Positions 50,961-58,295 of a stretch of DNA of 64,000 bases are shown here, piece after piece. Source of the DNA: Bacteroidia bacterium (GTDB lineage Bacteria; Bacteroidota; Bacteroidia; NS11-12g; UBA9320). Position 1 is the stretch's first letter. The number at the start of each line of letters is the position of its first letter. Made by a program: the position numbers and the translations under genes. A model generated the notes under the pieces. It saw only the letters and a program-made list of their open reading frames with translations. It had not been told where the DNA came from and did not search any database. The stretch is from positions 91,168-155,167 of the forward strand of contig JADLGN010000015.1 in NCBI GenBank assembly GCA_020849295.1. Reading direction: 5' to 3'.

Positions 50961-51416
50961 ATGGATACTGAAAACAAAAGTAAAGTTTATAAACTCACAG
51001 ACGGAAGTGAGGTAGATTCAAATCAAGTTGAAAAACTAATTCAGGACACATGCCATTACGTAAAATATGTTGTTATTAACCAAAATGATAAAAACGAAAA
51101 TGTAGCTTTTATTTTTCCCGATAAAAACCTTTACAACAATCCCGATTATCTTTTGGCACCTAATGACAATGAAGGTTGTTTTTGCCCACGAAACCTTGAT
51201 GAGCTTGGAAGATGTCTTACAGGGTGTATGAAAAAGGTTAATTTGAGTTTTGAAAATATTGAAGATAAATTTTCAAATGCAGTGATTTTATCAGGAGAAA
51301 ACGAAATAGAAAACGAAGTAGAAAAGTATAAGAATATTTTAAAAAATTCATTGGGGAATGAAATTTCAGATGATGAAGTATATTATATCAAAAACTTAAA
51401 GGAAAAAAAGAAGTAA
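50961..51416 (+). CDS. Hypothetical small cysteine-containing protein (C-x-C...C...C in EGCFCPRNLDELGRCLTGC)
   Basis: The 151-aa ORF is tightly packed between cluster genes (12 bp and 6 bp gaps). It has no signal peptide, and no family is recognised. Confidence 0.4.
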   Translation: MDTENKSKVYKLTDGSEVDSNQVEKLIQDTCHYVKYVVINQNDKNENVAFIFPDKNLYNNPDYLLAPNDNEGCFCPRNLDELGRCLTGCMKKVNLSFENIEDKFSNAVILSGENEIENEVEKYKNILKNSLGNEISDDEVYYIKNLKEKKK

Positions 51417-51422
51417 AAATTA

Positions 51423-53273
51423 ATGAAAAAATCATCAAAATTAAAAGTTGGTATTGTAGGAATAGGTCCGGTTGGGATGATAATGGCTGTAAAACTAAAT
51501 GAGGCAGGTTGTGAAGTGGCACTTTGCGATAAAGATGAATTTAAAGTAAAAAAAGTAAGAGAAAACGGAATAGTACTTGAAAATATTTATAATTCAACTA
51601 CAAAGTTTGAACATATTTACAATTCTGTAACAGAGATGAGAAAACTTGATTTGGATTATCTTGTTTTTGCATTAAAATCATATCAAACACTTGGAGCAGC
51701 AAAAGAAGCAGAAATTCTCAATTCTGAAAAACTTACAGTAATTGCAGCTCAAAACGGTATAGATACAGAACAAATACTTGCATCAGTTTTCGGTGAAAAT
51801 AAAACACTGAGAATGGTTATAAATTATGCAGGAAATCTTACATCGCCCAATACAGTTAAAGTAACTTTTTTTACCCCACCCAACTATATAGGTTCTATAG
51901 ACGACAGCATAACCGAACAATCAAAAATATTTACATCATTACTTAATGAAGTAAATTTTGAAACAGTTAATCTCAATTCGTTTGAAATACTAAAACGTAC
52001 TTGGGAGAAAACTATTTTGAATGCATCGTTAAGTCCACTGTGTGGGGTAGGAAGACTAACTATGGCAGAAGCAATGTCTGACCCTGAAACAGTTGAACTA
52101 GTTGAGCAAATTATAAATGAGGGAATAGAAGTAGCAGAAAGAGAAAAAATACGTTTCTCAGACGATTTTTATCGAAAATGCCTGCAATATTTAAAAAAAG
52201 GTGGAGAGCATTTCCCATCATTAGCAATAGATTTAATTAATAACCGCCAGACAGAAATTGATTATTTCAACGGAAAAATTGTAGAATATGGGAAAAAACA
52301 TTATGTAAAAACCTCATTGAATTTAGCATTTACAAACATGGTAAAAGCTATGACTAATAAAAACGTAATGAACAGGTCAATTGCTTCAGATGCAGTTTTA
52401 AACAAGAAAATAGTAAGTAAAGGTTTAATAGAAAAAAATAATTCCTCATTATATTATAAAGAGCAAAATTGTTTTCTGGGGATTGACCTTGGCTCAGCAT
52501 ATACCAAGTTTACAGTTATAAATGCAAAAGGGAAACCCGTATTCAGGTACTTTGTTCACACAATGAACAAAGACAGAAATGCTATGAAAAATGTAATTCA
52601 GGCTATATATTCAACATTTAATATTAAATACAGTTGCGCTACAGGTTATGGCAGAAAACACTTTACTGATACAGATATTATTAAAACCGAAATAAACTGT
52701 GCAGCTGCAGGAGTTGCAGAATATCACGATGGTGAAAAAAACATAATAGATATCGGTGGCGAAGATATAAAGGTTATACATTGTAATAATGATAATCAGG
52801 TTGCAAATTTTTACATGAATGATAAGTGTGCTGCCGGTACAGGTGCATTTTTACAGGAAATATCAGAAAGAGCAGAAATTAAAATTGAAGATATGAGCAG
52901 CCTTGCTTCACATTCTGATTTCGACAAAGAATTAAACAGCTTTTGTACTGTTTTTGCAAAAACTGAAATTATGAATTGGGTTTTTGACGGAATGCCAATG
53001 CAAGATATTGCAAGAGGTATTTATATATCAATAGCCAATAAAGTAGCAAAAATGAGATTAATACCGGGTTTGCCAATTATTATGATTGGTGGTGTAATTG
53101 CGCATCATCCTTATATGAGTACAATACTAAGCCAGAAATTTAATAAGGATATTAAAACCATTGAACACCCTCAGTTTGTTGTGTCACTTGGTGCTGCTAT
53201 AATTGCAAAACAAACATGGGCAAACGCAAATGAAAAAATTGATTTAAATAAAGAGATTAAACTACCAGCATAA
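51423..53273 (+). CDS. Fusion protein: an N-terminal ketopantoate-reductase-like (ApbA/PanE family) NAD(P)-binding 2-oxoacid reductase domain joined to a C-terminal BadF/BcrA/HgdC-type ATPase (activase) domain
   Basis: N-terminus: KVGIVGIGPVGMIMAVKLNEAGCEVALCD (Rossmann GxGxxG). The ApbA-like middle and C-terminal helical domain carry SLAIDLINNRQTEIDYFNG (ApbA E/N substrate block). C-terminal half from about aa 345: CFLGIDLGSAYTKFTVI, DIGGEDIKVI, DKCAAGTGAFLQEISE, NSFCTVFAKTEI. Confidence 0.7.
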   Translation: MKKSSKLKVGIVGIGPVGMIMAVKLNEAGCEVALCDKDEFKVKKVRENGIVLENIYNSTTKFEHIYNSVTEMRKLDLDYLVFALKSYQTLGAAKEAEILNSEKLTVIAAQNGIDTEQILASVFGENKTLRMVINYAGNLTSPNTVKVTFFTPPNYIGSIDDSITEQSKIFTSLLNEVNFETVNLNSFEILKRTWEKTILNASLSPLCGVGRLTMAEAMSDPETVELVEQIINEGIEVAEREKIRFSDDFYRKCLQYLKKGGEHFPSLAIDLINNRQTEIDYFNGKIVEYGKKHYVKTSLNLAFTNMVKAMTNKNVMNRSIASDAVLNKKIVSKGLIEKNNSSLYYKEQNCFLGIDLGSAYTKFTVINAKGKPVFRYFVHTMNKDRNAMKNVIQAIYSTFNIKYSCATGYGRKHFTDTDIIKTEINCAAAGVAEYHDGEKNIIDIGGEDIKVIHCNNDNQVANFYMNDKCAAGTGAFLQEISERAEIKIEDMSSLASHSDFDKELNSFCTVFAKTEIMNWVFDGMPMQDIARGIYISIANKVAKMRLIPGLPIIMIGGVIAHHPYMSTILSQKFNKDIKTIEHPQFVVSLGAAIIAKQTWANANEKIDLNKEIKLPA

Positions 53274-53280
53274 AAATATA

Positions 53281-54543
53281 ATGAGAGCATTTCACGACAA
53301 AGAAAAAGGTATAGGTATAATATTCGATGATATTTATTTTGTTAACGGAGCAAGAACTCCGTTTGGAAAATATTGCGGAACACTTGCAAATGTATCGCCT
53401 ACAGATTTAGGAATTTTTGCCAGTAAAGCAGCAATTAATAAAAGTAATATTTCAGCAGATAAAATTGACCAGGCAGTTATGGCAAATATTGGTCAGTCTT
53501 CAGGCGATGCATATTTTTTCCCTCGTCATGTTTCATTATTTGCAGGATTGCCGGTTACTGTACCTGCACTTATGGTTCAAAGAATATGTGCATCCGGATT
53601 TGAAACTATAATTACTTCTGCCGAGCAGATTACACTTGGCAAAGCCGATTCAACACTATGCTGCGGTGCAGAAAGTATGTCACTTTCACCAACCGTAAGT
53701 TTTGGCAACAGAATGGGTTATATGCTTGGTCGCCCTGTTTTTAAAGATATGCTTTGGGAAGCTTTAGACGATACCGCAGCAGGTTATCCAATGGGTTTTA
53801 CAGCAGAAAATATTGCAGTAAAGCACAATATTAGCAGGCAACAGTGTGACGAATATGCTCTAATATCTTTTAACAGAGCTATTGCAGCAAGAAACAAAGG
53901 ATTTTTTAATGAAGAAATTACACCTATCAATTCTACGGTATTTGAAGCAGATGGTTTAAAATCACGAAAAGTTAAACTAACTGGAGGAGTAAAAGATTTT
54001 AATATTGACGAACAAATAAGAGAAACCACATTAGAATCATTGTCAAAATTGCCAAATGTATTTAAAGAAGTAGGAGTACTGTCAGCTGGTAATTGCAGTG
54101 GCATTGTTGATGGAGCAGCAGCAGCAGTTGTAGCATCTGATAGTTTTGTAAAATCAAATAATTTAAAACCCCTTGCAAAAGTGGTAGCCGCTGCAACAAG
54201 TGCAATAGACCCTAAAGTAATGGGGCTGGGTCCGGTACCTGCTATTAAATATTTATTGGAAATTACAGGTTTAAAAATTGATGATATCGGATTGTTTGAG
54301 ATTAATGAAGCATTTTCATCACAGGTAATAGGCTGCGAAATAGAATTAGGACTTGATAGGAATAAACTTAATGTAAATGGTGGTGCAATTGCTATCGGAC
54401 ATCCGCTTGCAGCAAGCGGCTTAAGACTTTCGCTAACACTTATTAGAGAAATGAATCAAAAAAATATAAAATACGGAATTGCTTCTGCTTGTATAGGTGG
54501 CGGACAAGGTACAGCAATTCTTTTTGAAAATTTAAATAATTAA
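53281..54543 (+). CDS. Acetyl-CoA C-acyltransferase (thiolase)
   Basis: NGARTPFGKY with the active-site Cys in RICASGFETI, the motifs NEAFSSQV and GHPLAASG, and the C-terminal CIGGGQGTA are present. Confidence 0.9.
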   Translation: MRAFHDKEKGIGIIFDDIYFVNGARTPFGKYCGTLANVSPTDLGIFASKAAINKSNISADKIDQAVMANIGQSSGDAYFFPRHVSLFAGLPVTVPALMVQRICASGFETIITSAEQITLGKADSTLCCGAESMSLSPTVSFGNRMGYMLGRPVFKDMLWEALDDTAAGYPMGFTAENIAVKHNISRQQCDEYALISFNRAIAARNKGFFNEEITPINSTVFEADGLKSRKVKLTGGVKDFNIDEQIRETTLESLSKLPNVFKEVGVLSAGNCSGIVDGAAAAVVASDSFVKSNNLKPLAKVVAAATSAIDPKVMGLGPVPAIKYLLEITGLKIDDIGLFEINEAFSSQVIGCEIELGLDRNKLNVNGGAIAIGHPLAASGLRLSLTLIREMNQKNIKYGIASACIGGGQGTAILFENLNN

Positions 54544-54547
54544 AAAA

Positions 54548-54727
54548 ATGGAAATCACAGATAAAATTTTAAATCAATTTGCAAAATCTGGCAAAGCACT
54601 AAAAGGTGGCGAAATAGCCGATCTTACAGGTATTGATAAAAAACTAGTAGATAAAACCTTAAAGAAATTGATGAGTGAAGATAAAATATATTCGCCTGTA
54701 AGGTGCTATTACGATTTAAAAAAATAA
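54548..54727 (+). CDS. Unannotated 59-aa ORF (below the 60-aa cutoff of the ORF track) with winged-helix/HTH-like sequence: MEITDKILNQFAKSGKALKGGEIADLTGIDKKLVDKTLKKLMSEDKIYSPVRCYYDLKK
   Basis: Its ATG lies 4 bp after the thiolase stop, and its stop lies 3 bp before the next ATG, which is operon-tight packing. An HTH-like segment (GEIADLTGIDKKLVDKTLKKL) is followed by a beta-hairpin-like tail. Confidence 0.45.
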   Translation: MEITDKILNQFAKSGKALKGGEIADLTGIDKKLVDKTLKKLMSEDKIYSPVRCYYDLKK

Positions 54728-54730
54728 TAA

Positions 54731-55789
54731 ATGCAAAATACTAAAATGTATAAATGGGAAATGATAGAAACTGACAAAGATTTTGTCAGAAAAGAATGTG
54801 ATATTCCTGAAATTGAAGAAAATGAAGCAATAGTAAAAGTTGCAGGATGTGGTGTGTGTCATACAGATTTAAGTTTTTGGCATTTTGGAGTACAAACCAA
54901 AAAATCTTTACCCCTTACTTTAGGACACGAAATAAGCGGAACAGTTGTAGTAGGAGATAGTAGTATTATTGGAAAAAATGTAATTATACCTGCTGTATTG
55001 CCTTGTGGCAACTGCGAATTGTGTAATAATGGAAGAAGTAATATTTGTCGCAATCAACTTATGCCCGGTAATGATTTTGACGGAGGATTTGCATCTCATA
55101 TCAAAGTACCATCAAAATATTTGTGTGAAGTAGATAATGAAATATTGAAAAAATACCCATTAGAAACACTTTCTGTAATTGCTGATGCTATTTCTACACC
55201 TTATCAGGTTGTAAAAAAATCAGAATTGAAAGAAGGAGATTTTGCTATTGTGATTGGAGTGGGCGGTGTAGGAATTTACGGGGCACAAATAGCAAAAATA
55301 TTTGGAGCAAAAGTTCTTGCAATGGATATTAGTGATGAAAAACTAAATGTTGCAAAAGAAAATGGAACAGATGCAGTTTTGAACATAAAAGGAATGGATA
55401 TAAAAACTGTAAAAGAAAATGTTAAAAATATTGCTAAAGAACTTAATGCACCAAAAAATAGTTGGAAAATTTATGAAATATCGGGAACCAAAGCAGGCCA
55501 AGAACTCGCTTTTAATCTTATAACTTTTGCTTCTACATTATCAGTTGTAGGTTTTACAATGGATAAAGTAGATGTAAGACTTAGTAATCTTATGGCATTT
55601 GATGCAAAATTGATTGGCACTTGGGGATGTAAGCCAGAACTATACCCTGAAGTTGTTAAATTGGTATCAGACGGTAAATTAAAAATTGAACCTTTTATTC
55701 AAACATTTCCCTTGTCTCAAATTAATGAAGTATTTAAAAACACATTAGAACATAAATATTCAAAGCGCTCAGTACTTATTCCCGATTAA
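54731..55789 (+). CDS. Zinc-dependent medium-chain dehydrogenase/reductase (ADH_N + Rossmann), a candidate beta-hydroxyacyl-CoA / 6-hydroxycyclohexenoyl-CoA-type dehydrogenase (Had-like)
   Basis: Catalytic Zn ligands are present (GCGVCHTDL, GHE in TLGHEISG). Structural Zn cysteines are CGNCELCNNGRSNIC. The Rossmann motif is VIGVGGVGIYG. Confidence 0.85.
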   Translation: MQNTKMYKWEMIETDKDFVRKECDIPEIEENEAIVKVAGCGVCHTDLSFWHFGVQTKKSLPLTLGHEISGTVVVGDSSIIGKNVIIPAVLPCGNCELCNNGRSNICRNQLMPGNDFDGGFASHIKVPSKYLCEVDNEILKKYPLETLSVIADAISTPYQVVKKSELKEGDFAIVIGVGGVGIYGAQIAKIFGAKVLAMDISDEKLNVAKENGTDAVLNIKGMDIKTVKENVKNIAKELNAPKNSWKIYEISGTKAGQELAFNLITFASTLSVVGFTMDKVDVRLSNLMAFDAKLIGTWGCKPELYPEVVKLVSDGKLKIEPFIQTFPLSQINEVFKNTLEHKYSKRSVLIPD

Positions 55790-55799
55790 TAAAAAAAAT

Positions 55800-56882
55800 A
55801 TGCTTAAAAACCACAATATAACAGAAGTTTCTTATAAAGAAATACTATTCGAAAAAAGACCATGTCTAGATAAAAACGGACAGGCAATAGATGGATTATA
55901 CAACTCATGGATTTGCTTAAATAATCCAAAACAATACAACTCCTACACAACACAAGCTGTAAAAGAAATTATTCTTGCTTTTGGCGAAGCTTCAAACGAT
56001 CGCAGTATAGTTGCAGTTGTTTTTACGGCGGTAGAAGATAAAGCATTTTGTACAGGAGGCAATACAAAAGAATATGCAGAGTATTACTCTGGCAATCCGC
56101 AAGAATACAGCCAGTATATGCGACTATTTAATGACATGGTAAGTGCAATATTAAAATGCGAAAAACCTGTAATTTGCAGAGTAAACGGCATGAGAATAGG
56201 AGGAGGACAGGAAATAGGTATGGCTTGCGATTATACTATATCAAGTGATTTGGCTAGATTTGGTCAGGCAGGACCAAAACATGGTAGTGCAGCAATAGGC
56301 GGTGCTACAGATTTTCTTCATCTATATGTAGGTATAGAAAGAGCAATGATGTCATTAACACTTTGTGAACCTTGGACTGCTCATCAGGCATACAATTTTG
56401 GAATGATAACTGATATTGTACCTGCTCTTAAGCTTGACGGTAAATTTATACCCAACCCATTGGTAGTTTTAGATAAACAAACAGATGAGTTTGGAAAAAT
56501 AGTTTTTGGTACAATGAAAAAAGGTGATGAATTGAAAGCCGGAAAAGAAATAATGGAAAAATCGGAAATAGATTTATCAGAACTTGACAAAGCTGTAAAT
56601 AATCTTATTGCAAAACTTCTTTATACGTTCCCTAATTGTTTATCAAAAACTCTTACAGAAGTAAGAAAGAAAAAACTTGAGCATTGGGATAAAAATAAAG
56701 AAAGCAGCCGCGAATGGCTTGCTCTAAATATGATGACTGAAGCAAAAGCAGGGTTTAGAGCATTTAATTTTGGGCCAAAAGACAACAGAGAAGTTGATTT
56801 TATACTTTTAAGGCAACTTCTTGCCGAGGGTCATGAATGGAATGAAGAACTTCATCAAAAAATTTCACCTCAATATAAATAA
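55800..56882 (+). CDS. Crotonase-fold (enoyl-CoA hydratase/isomerase superfamily) protein, long form of 360 aa. It is a candidate ring-cleaving 6-oxocyclohexenoyl-CoA hydrolase (Oah/BamA-like).
   Basis: The oxyanion-hole blocks are AFCTGGNTKEY and ICRVNGMRIGGGQEIGMACDYTISS. Its length matches the approximately 370-380 aa Oah class rather than 260-aa hydratases. Confidence 0.7.
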   Translation: MLKNHNITEVSYKEILFEKRPCLDKNGQAIDGLYNSWICLNNPKQYNSYTTQAVKEIILAFGEASNDRSIVAVVFTAVEDKAFCTGGNTKEYAEYYSGNPQEYSQYMRLFNDMVSAILKCEKPVICRVNGMRIGGGQEIGMACDYTISSDLARFGQAGPKHGSAAIGGATDFLHLYVGIERAMMSLTLCEPWTAHQAYNFGMITDIVPALKLDGKFIPNPLVVLDKQTDEFGKIVFGTMKKGDELKAGKEIMEKSEIDLSELDKAVNNLIAKLLYTFPNCLSKTLTEVRKKKLEHWDKNKESSREWLALNMMTEAKAGFRAFNFGPKDNREVDFILLRQLLAEGHEWNEELHQKISPQYK

Positions 56883-57655
56883 TGGAAAAAATAAAAGTTA
56901 ATTATTTGTATGAAAATACTGTAGTTCAAATTGTGATGGACGATGGTAAAGGTAATATTTTGGATTCTGTAATGATGAAAGAACTAACAAACTTACTTGA
57001 TAGTTTTAAAACAAATAATAATCTGAAATTAATAATTTTTGAAGGAGCAGGCAAACACTATTCGTTTGGTGCAAGTGTAGAAGAGCATAAAAAAGACGAA
57101 GCTGCTCAAATGCTTAAATCATTTCATAACTTATTTTATTTGTTAATAGAATTGTCAATTCCAACCTTATCAAAAGTTAGTGGACAGTGCCTTGGAGGAG
57201 GAATGGAACTTGCCATTATGTGCAATTTTATTTATGCTGATAATACAGCAAAATTAGGACAACCCGAAATTGTTCTCGGAGTTTTTCCACCCCCTGCTTC
57301 ACTTATTTTACCTCAAAAAATTGGTCAAGCTCAAGCTGATGAATTATTATTGACAGGTAAATCAATAAACGCACAACAAGCAAAATCAATAAATTTAATT
57401 AATGAAATTTTTGAAAGCAAAGAAGAACTTCAAAATGGGTTAAACTCATTTATTGAAAATCAAATTTTACCAAAAAGTGCTTCATCACTACGTTTTGCAG
57501 TAAAAGCAGCAAGAAAAACTTTTAATAAAATATTGCTTGAAAATCTCCCTCAATTAGAAGAAATGTATGTTTCACAATTGATGAACACCAATGATGCTAA
57601 TGAAGGTATAAATTCTTTTCTCGAAAAACGCAAACCTGTTTGGGTTGGATCGTAG
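56882..57655 (+). CDS. Enoyl-CoA hydratase (crotonase family, canonical about 260 aa); Dch-like candidate
   Basis: IIFEGAGKHYSFGASVEEH and SKVSGQCLGGGMELAIMCNFIYA match the crotonase A-x-x-G-x-D and GGG-x-E motifs. The start overlaps the upstream stop by 1 bp. Confidence 0.8.
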   Translation: MEKIKVNYLYENTVVQIVMDDGKGNILDSVMMKELTNLLDSFKTNNNLKLIIFEGAGKHYSFGASVEEHKKDEAAQMLKSFHNLFYLLIELSIPTLSKVSGQCLGGGMELAIMCNFIYADNTAKLGQPEIVLGVFPPPASLILPQKIGQAQADELLLTGKSINAQQAKSINLINEIFESKEELQNGLNSFIENQILPKSASSLRFAVKAARKTFNKILLENLPQLEEMYVSQLMNTNDANEGINSFLEKRKPVWVGS

Positions 57656-57719
57656 TTTACTATATTTGACTTTTACAATATAAGGTTTATAATTTTATAG
57701 ATATAAAGAATACATCAAA

Positions 57720-58295
57720 TTACTTATTCCCTTTTTTCAATATATCTTTATAATAAGGGTTATCTTCTTTCATTTCCATTCGCAATTCATCGCACAAGTA
57801 CCAGTATTCGCCAAGTTTTAGTGCTACAAATTTTATGGTAAATTCTTTTTTTGATTTGCTGCAATAAAGTGAGATATATGAAAAATTTACACCTTTTTCA
57901 TCTTTGCCTTCACGGGTTTTTATTTCATTAAGGTTACATGTTTTAAATTTTATTCCATTTTTTCTTGCGTATATTTTCATTGCTTTATATTGCTTTCGCA
58001 ATCTGTATGAAATATAATTATGTTTAATTTTAAGAATTTGCGGGTTGTTTTTTAATTCAAGCGAATCAAAAGTTATTTTAAGAGATTCTAAGCTAGGTAA
58101 AAGACTGTAAAATTGTTCGTCAGTTTTTTGTTTTAATGCTTGCCAAACAGTGTCAGCAAGATTTTCGGGGCTTGAAGTTTTCCATTTCTTTTCATTAGTA
58201 TTAATTGAATCAGTTTGTTCTGTCTGAGCAATACAAAAATTTGACACTATAATAAATGTAAAAAAGAAAAAAGGTTTTCTAAATTTAAAATTCAT
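57720..58295 (-). CDS. Hypothetical exported protein. The start was adjusted to the internal Met (MNFKFRK) to avoid a 34-bp overlap with the upstream gene.
   Basis: A signal-peptide-like N-terminus is present (FFFFTFIIVSNFCIAQT). No family is assigned. Confidence 0.4.
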   Translation of the reverse strand: MNFKFRKPFFFFTFIIVSNFCIAQTEQTDSINTNEKKWKTSSPENLADTVWQALKQKTDEQFYSLLPSLESLKITFDSLELKNNPQILKIKHNYISYRLRKQYKAMKIYARKNGIKFKTCNLNEIKTREGKDEKGVNFSYISLYCSKSKKEFTIKFVALKLGEYWYLCDELRMEMKEDNPYYKDILKKGNK

